A DNA stretch of 62,887 bases from Aplysia californica (lineage: Eukaryota): contig NW_004797283.1 of NCBI RefSeq assembly GCF_000002075.1, forward strand, positions 647,929 to 710,815, in the 5' to 3' direction. Position 1 is the first letter of the stretch, and each line of letters opens with the position of its first letter. Under the pieces are notes generated by a model. It saw only the letters and a program-made list of their open reading frames with translations. It did no database searches and was not told where the DNA came from. This document shows positions 36,120 to 49,445 of this stretch, in pieces. The position numbers were made by a program, and so were the translations under genes.

Positions 36120-38476
36120 CACACAACAATGTCCGATCATATGCAAACGTTCTTCTCTGCATTGCACCTCTCAGTTCTCAGAACACTGATCTAGGTGGGG
36201 TACTGTGTTAAATGCTAAAATTATAGACATTGGAGTCTAGCTTGGTTGATGAAGGTGGGAAAGGGGGAATTTTGGGGGTGTATTGTTTGAGGCCCAGATC
36301 ACTCTGATAGCCAAACGACGAGGCGCTTCTCCTCGTTAACATTCCCTCTTTCCAACAGGGCGGTTCGCCGGCTTTAAAATCGCCGCATCGCGGTTCGGAG
36401 AAGGTAGGCCTTTAACTCCTTGACTCCGCGAAGAAGACGACGAATAAAACGCGAAACAGGGTCATGGCTTGCTTACAATTCAACTGGGATAAATTAGAAC
36501 TTTGTTCACTATCGATGTACAGACAGTTAAAAGGAAAGCATATGTTGAATGCTAAATGTCACTGATGAAAAAATGTAAAAGTATGTTTTGTACTGCAGAC
36601 CTGTCCTTCTTTTATAAGTAACAACAGAGAGGCCAACTGGAAATATTATATTAGAAGCCGTCTTTGCACTCTGTGGGCAAAAGATGAATTCAGAATTCGC
36701 CGGGACGACTAACATCACCACTGAGCATGCGGTTTTTGGTGACGTCCAGTGTGACAGGGGGGGGGGGGGGGGGGGCGATTTACATAAAAGTTACGACAGG
36801 CGTGATAAACAATGATAAAGGAACCAATGTCTGCAATGCGACAACACACTACAAGTAGTCGAACCCCTTATATCTCTTTGAGCAGAGGCGAAGCGTCTAT
36901 ATAATCAAATAATCACTGCTTCCCTTCCTAATTTTGAAACGTTGTAGCAGTCAAATTCACCCATAAACGTAAACCTTATAAATACATGTAAAAAGACGTT
37001 CATAATCAACAATGAACAGTATGCCTAACATTCAAAACGGTTTCACTGCCACCGAAATAGCTTGCTCACCCCTCTCGGGCCACTCCATAAGCAGTCACAA
37101 GCTTTGATTAAATAAGCTTAAAGTGGGGCTGGAAGAGTCTACCAGTAGAGTTGAAGGGAATACGTGCATAGCAGTCAATACTGTTTCATTGCCACATATA
37201 CCCTGTTCACCCCTTTCGGGCCACAGTTATAAATTCAGTCGTAAGCCCTGATTATGTAAGTGAACTATTACACTGGTCGAGTCTACCTTACAGATGTGAG
37301 GGGCACTAACTCCTAATAATCTCTTTACTGCTGCCTGTGCTTCCTTTTTTTCCTCGACTTTTTAACGTCCTATAATCAGATCGTGACCTCGATTATGACA
37401 CCGGCTCCTGGCCGCGAAAAGCTAGACAAAAAACAGCCAAAAGTGAAATTAAAAAAAATGATAATTGTCATGTTCTACCAAAGAGTTAGACTCCCTGGTA
37501 TCTCTATAACATATTATAGATCTAGTACTGACATCTCTGCTTCCTTGCTTTGGGTTTGTGTATTCACTTCTAAAGTTAGATTTAATATTAGTTGGAATTG
37601 ATATTTAATGAGATACTTTCCCGATTATTTTGGCAGTTGAATTCCGGATTTGTTTTCATTCACACAACTTAAGAGTCACCACCTTGAGTAAGATTCTTGT
37701 GTGATATCCCCAGGCCATAATATCTGGTTCCATTTCACTTTGATTACCTTGTCAAACAAGTCAGCCCTCGCCCCTGTCTTTGAGCGTCTTCAAATTGGCA
37801 GAGTGTTTTTTGAACGTTGAGAAATAACATTAATTTCATTTACTTGAAACTAAATAAACACCGCTATTAGTTATAAGTCTCTTGTATTGTCCACTGTACA
37901 GCCGACAAAAAGTGACCGGCGCCGCTAGTCTTGTCCACTGAAAAGAACCACCCTTGAATAAGATATGTAAGTATAAGAATATTGAAAGGGGGTAAATGTA
38001 GATCTAATACTCTGGTAAGTCATTAAGATGGGAGGGATAAATCTAATCATATATCAAATTTAATCCAAGTATAAATTTTAAAAAGAAAGGTTTAGTGAAG
38101 TCAGGCCAATAATGGAGGATTTATAACTTTTGACGCTTGTGGAGTGTGTCCTCGATATCAAGAACATTATGGACAGAAAATGAAAACAGTTAATTAAATG
38201 CCTGAGAACATGTATCTGTGAAGGAAAAACTTGTTTGAATTCTTAATGAGCCTTTTAAAGAAAAGGAAGAAAAAAAACAGCTCAAAAGAACAAACGAATA
38301 TTTTTGTCGTAATTGCATTTTTGTCATAATTAATTTACGATTTTTTCTCCCATTTTTTTTACTTTCTTTTTTTCTTCTGTACTTAAAGAAACACATGATA
38401 TTTGGTAACGGACAACTTTTCACAGTCGACACCGCTTTTGGAAACTAAACATCTATTTCCGGTTTACAGGTTTACA

Positions 38477-38484
38477 ACTTCCGG
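38477..38484 (+). promoter_or_regulatory. ETS-type motif ACTTCCGG in the CIR1 copy B proximal promoter
   Basis: Same conserved block as 16666, in more diverged flanking sequence. Confidence 0.55.
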
Positions 38485-38607
38485 CTAGAATGATTTTATA
38501 AACAATTTCTTGTTTGTGTTTGGCGTTTGGAGCACGTTAGGTTGTTGTGGATCAAGGACTGATTTTTGTGTTTTGTATAATAAGAGTTGCTCTTTAAAAC
38601 CTTCAAG

Positions 38608-38679
38608 ATGGGGAAAGGTTTTAATAATTATATGACTAAAAAGTTTTTTCATCCAGCGAGTAAAGACAACATAAAACGT
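38608..38679 (+). CDS. CIR1: CIR1 copy B exon 1 ([24 protein letters not shown])
   Basis: ATG at 38608; GTAAGT donor at 38680. Confidence 0.93.
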
Positions 38680-41600
38680 GTAAGTAAACTGACTGAATGC
38701 GTGTGGGATGAGTGAGAGTGAGTGTGACTGACTGACTGAGGAAAGCTGATAAAGTGAACAGAGATTCCGAGAACCGCATTGAATTACATAATAGACTGTT
38801 GAAGAGCCTGAGAAATAATTTAGAAGACTAAGTATTTTTTAGATTAATGAACAATGTTCTCTAGGCTAGGCAACATGTTTGGCAGTGAAAGGTATTAAAT
38901 TATATAGCTGTAGAATTTGTTGTTAAAAAGATCTCAATTTTGTGTCATGTTCAATATTGGTGGAGTTTGATCTTAAGGGAGGCATTAATTTTAGGATTTG
39001 TCTTGGTTGAGTAGTTCTGTTCTTTAGCACATAAATTGCATATAAAGTGTTTTTTTAATTCATGTTGGCAGTTGTCTGAAATGACTCTTTTATGTAAGTA
39101 ATGGGCTAGAACTTAACCTCACTGCTGTTTGTTTCTCTTTGGCTTTATAGAAATGGATGGCAGAACAGAAAACAGCGTTTGAAAAGAAACAACAGGAGGA
39201 TTTGCTAGCACAGTATCAAAAAGAACAGGAAGTCCTGAGCAACAGGTAAGTTTTACTTTCTTGGCTAGAACTTAATAGAGTGGAAGAGACTATTTACTTC
39301 ATTTGAGATGAAAGTTAGCAATGCTACCCACAGCATGCCATGCCGGCACTGCAATTATACAGTAGACTTGCCACAGCCAAGGCTAAACCTAGGAACATGC
39401 AAATTAATCACACCTTATGTATAACACACCAATATGTGAAGGAGAAATTTGAGAACTCACAGAAGTAATTTTTTCCCCCATTTTCAGTGACGGTTGAGTT
39501 TTTATTGAAGAAAAAGAATTGATTGGTGGTGAGTCCATAACCTGCCAAATGGCACTGTAATTTTCTGACTCTCTGTATTCAGAGGGGCTGCGAAACATCT
39601 GAATATTACCCAAGCTCCCCTAAATTTGGCAGCCACTGAGAAGAAAGACTGATCTTCACATTGCAGGCTTCTGTTAGAGAATACAAGGGAAAAGGAAGTA
39701 ACGAGGTGGTTGTTTTTGAATGGTACACATCTGATCACCATGCAGAATCTGAATGCACATCATCTACATCATCGCCGAAAGGTTAAACTTAATATTTTAG
39801 ATAGCTGTGGCATTGTTTGAATGTGAATGTAAAAACATGTTGCATACTCATTATCATGTTTTCTGCCACTTGCATCTAGTTTTGCTCAATATGTTTAGAA
39901 CTTTTCTCTTTAAATTAAAAAAAAACTGTTTGTACTCTCAATGAATGGCCTGTTTTGCCCTTTCTGAAATGATACAATGATTTGATGTATCCAAGGCATA
40001 CATTTAGAAAGCCTGTATAGTACATGAAAATTTGGTATTATAAGTTGTAATTTTCATAGCTAATTCTGTTCTATCACATGCTCTGCTCAGTGTACAAATC
40101 AGTGTGTGTGTTTTTTTACCTCTTGCTTTCTTTTGCCTGTTACTATGGACTGAAGGGGCTTTTAGTCTTTAAAACAGGCCATTATGTATGACAATATAAA
40201 TATTCAATTTTGTAGCCCAGCATTGTATTATTGTAGAAGTAGATTTTTGGTTTGATATAAAAATTGTTCAAAGAAATTTCTGGTTTACTACACAAAAAAC
40301 GATTAAAAAACTGTAACATTATTATTATTTTTGTTGTTGTGAAGACATCAGTCTCTTTTACACAATTTATGTCTAAAAACAATATGATTTGAAATTCAGT
40401 CACCAGCATCTACTGTGATGTAGCTGTTAGGTGATCCGCTGTTCAGGGAGAAAATTTCCTAGTATCTTGGTCTTTCTATATGGGATATGGTATTCCCCTC
40501 AGCCCGGGTTGGCCCTGACAAGTTGCCCGCCTCCTGAATGATCTAAATTGTAATTGTATTGATGGAGGCATAGAAAACACCTACATTCTCATTCAAATCG
40601 AAAATTCAGCGTGGAGCTATGTTTATTTTAACAATATTTTCCTTTGCTATTTGCTGTTTTACAGAGCCCTCCTTGGAGACGAGAAGGCCAAGCTTGGACT
40701 GAGCTTCTTGTATGATGCACCACCCGGTCTGAAGAAAAAAGAGGTAAAATGAAAAGATAGGTTTGGTTACTTCTGTTGAAGGTTCCCATTCTATCGGGCA
40801 AATGGAAAAAAACCCCTCAAGAATTTCATTTTCAGCTTTCATTGTTGGGAAAACTTCATGAAACTATTTGGAAAAAAAAGAAAAAAAAAAGGAACACAGC
40901 AGGAAGATTAAACTGAGTAATTAAAAATAGCCTATCACCGAAAGTTTTCTTAATTTTTGCCTTTTTGCGTGGCCCTGCTAGATCTCAGGGGTAATTGACT
41001 GCTGATTTTTTTTACATGTGTAGCTGTCTCTCCTTATTCGTATGGTCCTTTGCTTTGAGGCAGCCACATTCTTTGAAGATGCTTGACATTTTTTATGCTG
41101 ACAAGGGTATTTTCAGTTTTAGTAGGAACTAATTTTGAATTTTGCTCGAATAGTGCCTGAAGCCTACTATTACTACTGATTTTTAAGACCACCAAGGTTT
41201 TTTAACCTGGCAACTTGCACCCAGGACCTCCTAAGATTCACATTCTGAGAAGCATAGAGGTGTATTTGATCTTGCTTAGCCTAAGATCAGGAGTGTGCTG
41301 TAAAGACAGCAGTAAGAAGGAGCCAGGTGTATCATTAGAAAGAGTCAGAAGTAAAGGGGAGAGGAGCCCACTTGAGGCCAGGGATGGGGGGAGAAAGTGG
41401 AGAGGAAAGCAGATGACAGAACAGGACCAGAGAACAGGTAAAGAAGTGAAAGGAGAACATTTTAGAGAAGAGAATTTTTCCAGCCCTGTCAGGTTTTGAT
41501 CCTGGGACCTTTTGAATGAGAGGCGAACACTACCTCTTGACCACGAGAGCCCTGTTGATTTCTTCTTGATTTGGGCCTTTTTAATATCATGTGTTGATTG

Positions 41601-44600
41601 GTCAGTATAATATATTAACAGGGTGATTGCTGCTGCAGGAATGCCCCGGGAAAATAAATTTCGGTCCATTTTGCAGAAGAAAAGCCAAGGGTATATTTAT
41701 GAAGCACATGTGTGCATGTCCTAATGTTTGAGACTCAAACATTTAAAAAAACTAAATTGTATGTGGGAAATTTGTAAGGTAAAAATATTTCTGACATTTC
41801 TGTACAAATTTTGGAATAGAATTAAAATAAATCTGTGGGTTGCAATGTATACTTCAAATATTTGAAATTATGAAGTTGTGGAACATGGTAGATAAACATC
41901 ACATTAAAAAGGAATGAAGCTTTGAAAAGACTTTGTACATTTGCCTGCCATCCATAAAATTTTCAGAATTCCCTAATAAATATGCAGAGAACTTTCTGCC
42001 TTTCATCACTGCCAAAATAATTTAGTTCTCAGAAATTGTTGTAGTCAAGTGTGACAAAGTCTTGAAAGTTTTGCAAAGTTTATGAACCAATACTCACCAC
42101 TTTTTTCTAATGTGAAGTTTGAAATATTTGTGCAGGAGTCTGAGGGTCAGCAACAGGAAGTGAAGTTTGAGTGGCAGAGAAAGTACAACGCTCCCCGTGA
42201 GGCGTAAGTTGATTGTTTTCTGTTGTGCTTTATCATTCAGTTGTTATAACTATTTGAATTACAGTGGAACTCTGATTCAACGAGGTCGTTGGGCCTGATC
42301 TAAAATCTTGTTGAATCCGAGTGTTCCGTATAGCAAACACGAGGTTTAGTGCAGATAATTACATGCACTGAGCAAGTAATGTATAAAGAGAAGTCACAAG
42401 TAGTGCCTGAAATGCCTGCATATTATGAGCTGTGTAAAAAAAAAAGACCGATTCGTTCAAATACTCAAGCCTGTTTCATCTCGATTGTTTACCAAGAAAA
42501 AGTTGTGTTGCTGTGTAGAGCCGAGCATATGGCAACTTTTGATTCCATAGACCAGCGCACAATTCAGTACGTAGATCTACGTCAAGACTAGCTTATTATT
42601 GTAATAATGATCAGTTGCCGAGGGAAAAAAAAAGACTGACACGTTTGTATATGCGACGTTCAACGCCCGGACCGCTAGTGGCCCCCTACCCGACACGCAG
42701 ACACAGCCACACGTGTGCAGGCCGCCCATCCAACCCCGACACACGCCAGAGTAGACATGTACGCGTGCCAACAACACACATGTTGGTATTTAAAAAGGCC
42801 GCTGATTGGTCGCATGCAATCGGCTAAGTGAATAATGGTTCATGATGCAGGTGCAATGGATGGTTTCTGGGAATAGATAAAGTTTGTTCTGGGAGAAAAA
42901 TTAGCAAAGTTTGTTCTGGGAGAAAAATTAGCGAAGCCACGTCTGCGGGGGCTGTTCACCATGGAAGCGACCTCATTGAATCCGAGCTGGCTGATTTAAG
43001 TGCTCGTTGAATTCGGGTTACTTTTATTGATTTTAAAGAAGGAAAAAACAGGGAATCTATCTCATCTTGTTGAATCCGAGTTATCGTTGAATCTGAGCTT
43101 GTTAAATCCGAGTTCCACTGTATTGCAAAAAGGTTAACAGTATAATTTGATTGTGTTTTTACTCTTATACATGTTGCAGTTGCTTGTATTGTAGGTGTGC
43201 ACTCTCGATTTGCATTCCATTTGCTTATTTAATGGTGTACTCTACTGTGGTCTTTTCTGTTTGTTAAGTTATCAAAGTTGGCTATTCGGTTTACTGAATG
43301 TTGGCATATATCTTTTTTGTTGTGTTCTTGAATTAAGAGGCTTTGAACCTTTTTTATATGCAAGTTTTATTCAAGAATACAAAATAGTAAGACCATTTTG
43401 GCACTCATACAGGCGATGTAAAAAACCCAAGAACATGTAACATAATTAGTAGTTCGACCATTGCTCCCCCTTTGCTGACTTGAATTGTACAACTTTTTCT
43501 GTGTGTTTTCTGCAGATATGCGAAGGATGATGACACTATCAGGGACCAGCCATTTGGTATTGAGGTCAGAAACGTGCGCTGCATCAAGTGTCGACAGTGG
43601 GGTCACGTGAACACAGACAAAATCTGTCCTCTCTACAGCAGGAACTTGACGGCAGAACCAGAAATGCGTTAGTAGTTGTTTCCATAATTATTGTTTCAGT
43701 AGGTTGTTCATGGTTGCTCCAGTGGGGTTAACTTCTGCTTCTCACACGTCTCTTTTTCAATGTTACTGGGTTTTTTGTTTTTTTTTAATTTATAAAGTAA
43801 TCTTTTACTCTCCCTTCGTTGTTTCTTTCTCTGTGTTGCAGTTTTGATATGCTTCTCCACGTCTTGTCGTGAGGTTCTTAGGAAATTACAGCAGTGCTTT
43901 CCTGTAGCCTATTGCCTGTTTATGTTCTGTTTTCTCTGCTCACCTTTGTCATACACTGACAATCCTCAAGGCAATTGTGGGTTTGGTAGGATCTATGGTG
44001 CCTCCTGTCACCATGATGGTCTCCTCTTTGAGTATTTGAGGTCTTTATTGAATCCTCTCTGCAACACAGGTTTTTCTCTGCTCTTGACGACCTTCTCCCA
44101 TTTGGTTTATAACTCTTTAGCAGCCATCTGGAGGCCATTCCCCTGTCCACCACCTGGGAACATGGTGGGTTGGGTATGGGGACTTGTACTAAGTCTTTAG
44201 TACCTCCTAGGAATTAAGAAGTGACAAATGCCGTTTCTGGGACACTTGAAAAAACTTGAACATCTTGTTCTCACAGGAAAAATAGAAGGCAAACAAGACA
44301 AAGGTAGATCAAGAGAAACTTATTTAGAAAACCTGAACAGATGGGTGATGGGGAAATACCAGGATAATAAAGTTGTTTTTTTTAGAGCATCTGAGCATGA
44401 AGAAACATGATTGCCGATATCTGTTTCAGATCTGGCACTTAATAATGATGATGCTTCTATGGACTCTTTGTTCAAACATGAAATGTGGCAATTTTTCTGC
44501 CTGCTTTCTGTGAAGTACGAATCAGCAAACTTGTACGCATTGTTTTTGAAGAGTTGATTTTCCTCAACTTAGGGATGAATTTGAATTTAACTGATAATGT

Positions 44601-47600
44601 TTTTCTGAAGTGGACACAAAAGTCTTTTATAGATGTAAGGCTCTAGGTTTTTTTTTTATTACACCAATAACGTCTCTGAGTTTGAAAATGTTGTGGAGAC
44701 ATTTTACCGAAAAATGATATTCAAGATAATCTCTATTTTTGTGCAAGTTGAAAATATTATATGCTGTCATGTCTTGAGTGCTATTGCTGGTCGGTCAACA
44801 CATGTATCTCAAACTGTAAAAACATTCAAAAGTTTTCATGTTGTATTGAAGATGTAGGCGGTTGGCAGGTGCTCTGGTGTGGTTTGCTCTTTTTTTTCTT
44901 TCATATGTCTATCATCCTTTTCTCTCTTCCTTCTTTTTTTTTATGTTACTCTCTTGTAGTAACGCCTCTAATCATCGGCACTGAAATGATCTATTTGTAT
45001 TGCAAGTGCCGTAAAAATTTTAATAATACTAAAACTACCTTGAGATAACGTTCATTAGTTTTTCATTATGATGAAGTCTCAAAGGCCTACATTCATTAGT
45101 TTTGTGTTATTGGAGGTCACTGACCCTTATATTCTCTTTACTTTGTCACAGCGGAGACCAGCAGCTCTGGTATACTGGATGGCCTACGTGAAGATGGCTT
45201 TGCCATCAAGGACAGTGTGCTGGGACGTATGATGGGGTCAGAGCCAGAAAGACACGTATGTATATCTCATATTTTCGCTGCAGTGTGTGGAATGTTTGTC
45301 TTTCAATGAATGCCTAGTTCCACAGTACTGATCAGTCATTGCTACTGCTGTTGATACATTACTAGGATTACAGAGCGCTGAGCGAAGTGTTAATGAGTAG
45401 TGTTCAATGAACATCTATGCTTATTGAAAAAAAATGTTGCTTCTTTTGTTATGTTTCTTTTCTTTAATTCCTCGTAAGGTTTTAGATTTAAATGTTTCAT
45501 GATTATGCAAGAGCTTTAACATTTTTCACTCCACTAATGGTTAGTTAAAGGAGCCAAATGTAGCGGTCATGACTCATACGCTAATATTACTGTCGAACAT
45601 TCTCTAAAGGCCACCTGTATAAGACAATCACCTGTACAAGTGGCCACTTCCCATTTTCCCTCGTGCATTTTCTTACATTATAATGACACTTCGTAAGATG
45701 TTCACCGGCCTAAGATGGCCACTTTTCTCTGTGTGGGTGGTCTTCTTAGACAGTTTGGACTGTATTTAGATTCCCTTTGTTGAGACCTACTGTCATTTTT
45801 GCTACTCTCTTCATCTGTTTTATTTAAGAAGTTCATACATGGTCATATTTTAATCAAATAGAAACGAGCTAATGTAAAGGTGTTGGCAAAAAATGTGAAA
45901 TCTGACTCTTTTGTTCAACAGCACAAGATCCTGGCTCAAGAAGATGAGGAAGATCCAGAAGTGAAGTTCCTCAAGTCCCTTACGCCCAAACAGAAGAAGA
46001 AACTGTTGAAGTAAGTGATTTGCTTTATTTGTTTGGGATTGTTTAGTTTTGACTTGTGGCATCTAGGCTCTCATTGTTTGGACCAGTGCCACAATGTGGA
46101 AGGGACAGATGTATTACGACTGTTAAATTGTTTTCAGCTTGCAGCATTGTTAGGGTATGGCTCCGAGGAAAGAGGTTGATTTTTTTATGTCTCTGAGGGC
46201 AAAGCCGTAAGGTAGATGATATTTCAATAGTCTTCAATGGTATCCACACATGTGGACCTATGTGATTATGTAGATGTACCTTTGTTGAACCATGGCCTGG
46301 TATTGTGGACACCAGCTACAGGTTCCCAGGTGGTGGTGGGGGGGCTTCTGGTATGTCCTACTTCTTTAATTTCCGTATGTTCTTTCTGTCTGTTTTACCC
46401 TTTTCCAGCTCTAAATGAACATTATAGTGTCAATATGCTACTCTTTACTGAAACAATGAAACAGACAAGGCTACATGTTGGGTATATAAAAATTTTTTCA
46501 TACTAATGCATAGTAGGTGGGGAAGAGTCTCAGTTTACGCTTGATTTTGATGGGACACTAAGCGATAGCACGAGTAATAGTGGAAGCAGTAGCAGAAACA
46601 TGTGCAGCTGAGTGACAAAGTGATGTTGGATTGTGAACAGTAGCTTGTAGAATATGCAGCAAAAGAAATAGCAGCAATTATTGCAAGCGTAGTGATGAAA
46701 TCAGTGCTCATCAAAATGAAATTGAAGAAACCGACATTTTACTCCCCGCTGGGTAATTTTGATCAATTCCCCCTTTTTTTTTGCTCAGCATCTTTTATGT
46801 GAATTTAATAACACATTTCTGTATAGATTTTACTGTAAAACATTGATCAACAGCATAAAAAATGTAAATTTGTTGTTTCCAAAGACACTAAAGCTTTGGA
46901 AGTGACCGAACTTTGGTATCTTTTTTTTTCTGCCTATTTTATCTCTGACACAAGGCAACCCCCACTCCCTTCAATTGCAAATATCTTGGCTTCTGTTCAA
47001 GGTAGATGTTTTTTTGTTTTGTTTTTCACCCAAAGCTAGACAAATGAACAAGCTTTAAAGGTGGTGTACCGATAACTTTATATACCCAAAAACTGACGAG
47101 CACCTGACTTTAACCCTTCATGCCCACAGGGCGGTTTGAATTTGAGACAATTGTGGGAAACAATTTGATCAGGCTTGTTGAGAAGAGTTTTTTGACAAAC
47201 CCGGACGAATGTCTGAGAAAGCAGTCCTGCCTATATAAAGAAAATATAGACCAAGCATTTCAGTTGGGGAATGACATGTTGTATGATTTTTCACATGACT
47301 TTGAATTTGGCCTGTTCGTGTTATCTGTGCCAGACTATACATATACTTTATTTTTAATAAGTCTCTGATTTTTGTTTTTGCATTGATTCAGGAAGCTGAA
47401 CAAGCTGCAGTCTTCCTCTGGCAAAGAGAAGAAAAAGAAGAGCAAGAAAAGGAAATCACAGTCTGACAGCAGCGACTCAGAGTCTTCAGGTATGTTTGAA
47501 GTCTGATGGAGTTGATAACCTAGGCCTGTAGATTAATAGTTTTGTGTGCTTTATTGTCCAGTTCATGTAGCATGACAAGAAAATTTTTTTAAATATAAAA

Positions 47601-49445
47601 AATTGATAAGCTTATAGTGAGTTGTGATTGAAACGGTACAGGTTTACTGCCCTCTTTAATAACATAATAATAATAATAATAATAATTTATAATAACAATT
47701 GCATTTTTGCCCATATCCCTGCGCAACAGCTTGCTCTTTGTACTTTACAACTATTGTTATCTCAGCAGACCTTAGAACACTCAGAAACATTTTGGGCGTC
47801 GGAAAAGCATACTGTGCTAGCAGCCAGCCATTAAATTGTTCGAACACTAAGAAACTGACAAGATCTTTTGCCATCTGTAGCTGGATAGCCATTCCCATCA
47901 TAGTTGGGTGAGGAAAATTTGTTTAAAGTGCCTGTTCCCAAAGACACAATGTCAGGCCCCTGATGGGTTTCGAACTCATAACCTGTTGGTTTTGATCCCA
48001 ACAGCCTAGCAACTAGATCACTGACTCCATGCAACGTTATAAATGATAACTGCAGTGTTAGGAATTCATATTACACACTTAAAATTATACAGTTGAACCT
48101 GCCTTAACGGAAACCTGTATAAAACGGAAACCTGTCTTAACGGAATCTTCCCGCTACCCCTTGATTTTTTCCTCTTTAATTACCTGTATAAAATGGAAAC
48201 CTGTCCAACGCGGAAACGGCAAAAAAAATCAGCTCCCTTCCGAGGGTTTCACCTGTCTAAGATGGAAAATGCTTTGCCCGCTCAGCACTGATTTGAAATA
48301 AAACTCGCAACTTTGGTTCTGCTGGCTCTAAACTTAACACCACGGCCATACCGCTGGGCGAGGAAGGGGAGTAGGGGTGCAATTGTGGGTAAATGTTACC
48401 CTAGACATGTTTCCCCATCGTGTGAACCCTAAGCGGTGCAGATGGTCAGGGAAGTGAGGGTGTGAAATCTCACGACTGCCTGTGAGAGTGCTCGAGTACC
48501 GAGCCACTACAGAAACTTTCTTGGGTAGCCAGAAGCCAGAGGTGTAAAATTAGACTGACCAATGTCTGCCGCCCTTATCGTAGGCCAGCCGAGAAAAGCG
48601 TTCCTCGAATCGTTGTTACATGATGGCAGTGAGGGGTGGCATTGGTTGACTGTGCTTGTTACACTGATGGGTGGGGCTAAGGGCGGAAGCAAAGGAGATG
48701 TTCAAACATTTCTGTGTTTAATAGGTCAGACAGTGGTCCTATGAAAGCCAAGCACTGGTGGTAATTGGATTAGTAAGACTGACGCATGTCATAGCAATGG
48801 AGAGATGTGAAGTTTTGACCACTGCTTACCGATCTGACAAGCGATCCTTGATCCCATCGGCTGGGCCTCTGAACTTTCTCCAAGTGCCCAAAACTTCTGG
48901 AATTTGTTTATAGTCATGATGGCTGCTGTGGTGATACAGTTGATAATGAGCTTGTGCAACAATTGGAGGTTTGAGACTGAACAGATGTGGAACTTTGTCA
49001 TCTTTTTTTGGTGAAAATCTCCCCTCAGCTCTGTACGTTTTTATTTCCCTTGGCACGACTTGTTTTATATTTAGTAGGGTTTTTGACTTTCACAAAATCA
49101 AACACTATGTTATTCTTTGGTTGCTTTTATTAAATGCAAACTCTCATCTATATCTCTGCCTTTACCTTTTTGTTTTCAGATGGTGAGCTGGTACGGAAGG
49201 ATGCATCTCACAAAGTGAAAAAGTCAAAAGGGTCATCCCACAAACACAAGAGGAGAGAGAGGAGTGATTCGGAGGAAGAGGAGGAGGAGCCAAGGAGAAA
49301 GCAAAGACGAGACCACAGGGAGGAGAGAAGAGAACAGCACTCGCATGGAGGTAGTCGTGACCGCTCCAGGAGCAGGGAGAGAACTCACAAGAGACACAGG
49401 TCCCCGGATCACGACAGTAGAAAGAGGAGACATGACAGAGACTGA
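38608..49445 (+). CDS. CIR1: CIR1 (corepressor interacting with RBPJ 1), intact copy B, 9 coding exons, 340 aa
   Basis: Exons 38608-38679, 39151-39245, 40665-40743, 42136-42203, 43516-43667, 45152-45255, 45922-46010, 47392-47489, 49180-49445. All introns are GT-AG, phases are compatible, and the total is 1023 nt = 340 aa + TGA. The protein [31 protein letters not shown]...LYDAPPG...KFEWQ...[41 protein letters not shown]...[21 protein letters not shown] plus a K/S/R/H-rich tail matches CIR1 as recalled (Cir_N domain and zinc-knuckle-like motif). Confidence 0.95.
39151..39245 (+). CDS. CIR1: CIR1 copy B exon 2 (KWMAEQK...EVLSNR)
   Basis: Pyrimidine tract ending TATAG; GTAAGT donor. Confidence 0.93.
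40440..40535 (+). mobile_element. Partial SINE copy (family of 9030-9186)
   Basis: GGGAGAAAATTT ... CAGCCCGGGTTGGCCCTGACA ... GCCCGCCTCCT. Confidence 0.6.
40665..40743 (+). CDS. CIR1: CIR1 copy B exon 3 ([26 protein letters not shown])
   Basis: TTTTACAG acceptor; GTAAAA donor. Confidence 0.92.
41110..41553 (-). mobile_element. Diverged copy of the same Deu/Nin-like SINE in CIR1 copy B intron 3
   Basis: Shares GGGACCTTTTGAATGAGAGG, CATTTTAGAGAAGA and AATTTTGAATTTTGC blocks with 18340-18852. Confidence 0.7.
42136..42203 (+). CDS. CIR1: CIR1 copy B exon 4 ([22 protein letters not shown])
   Basis: TGCAG acceptor; GTAAGT donor. Confidence 0.92.
42262..43120. mobile_element. Second copy of the same pogo/Tigger-type MITE
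   Basis: TA|CAGTGGAACTCTGATTCAA ... CCGAGTTCCACTG|TA; colinear with 21130-21952; absent from the paralogous intron 4 of copy A. Confidence 0.9.
43516..43667 (+). CDS. CIR1: CIR1 copy B exon 5 (zinc-knuckle-like [17 protein letters not shown])
   Basis: TTTTCTGCAG acceptor; GTTAGT donor. Confidence 0.94.
44225..44453 (+). mobile_element. RTE-clade LINE 3' fragment
   Basis: FLGH...[24 protein letters not shown]; short (GAT)n tail. Confidence 0.7.
45152..45255 (+). CDS. CIR1: CIR1 copy B exon 6 ([25 protein letters not shown]...)
   Basis: TTTGTCACAG acceptor; GTATGT donor. Confidence 0.9.
45590..45762. mobile_element. Small pogo-like MITE (family of 20654)
   Basis: TA-flanked; the empty site TAATATTTAGATTCCC is present in copy A intron 6 (~29125). 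Confidence 0.65.
45922..46010 (+). CDS. CIR1: CIR1 copy B exon 7 ([30 protein letters not shown])
   Basis: TTCAACAG acceptor; GTAAGT donor. Confidence 0.92.
46685..47112. mobile_element. Diverged third copy of the 4-bp-TSD element
   Basis: GAAATCAGTGCTCATCAAAATGAAATTG ... CTTCAATTGCAAATATCTTG ... GACGAGCACCTGA. Confidence 0.6.
47392..47489 (+). CDS. CIR1: CIR1 copy B exon 8 (K/S-rich)
   Basis: GATTCAG acceptor; GTATGT donor; phases fit the neighbouring exons. Confidence 0.88.
47665..48030 (-). mobile_element. CORE-type SINE with a (TTA)n tail
   Basis: On the minus strand: B-box-like GAGTTCGAAACC, CORE-like TTGTGTCTTTGGGAACAGGCACTTTA, and a 3' (TTA)n tail. Confidence 0.6.
48090..48270 (+). 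mobile_element. Left end of a Tigger/pogo-like element
   Basis: TA|CAGTTGAACCTG followed by repeated AACGGAAACCTGT motifs; right end not found. Confidence 0.5.
49180..49445 (+). CDS. CIR1: CIR1 copy B exon 9 (R/S/H-rich tail ending RKRRHDRD*)
   Basis: TTTTCAG acceptor; lies within ORF 49134..49445. Confidence 0.9.

Noticed and set aside
16805-49445. The two CIR1 copies as uncollapsed alleles
   Set aside because: Intron divergence is high, TE insertions are independent and lesions are one-sided. Only read depth or long reads can exclude this formally, since a gap lies at 34554-34653.
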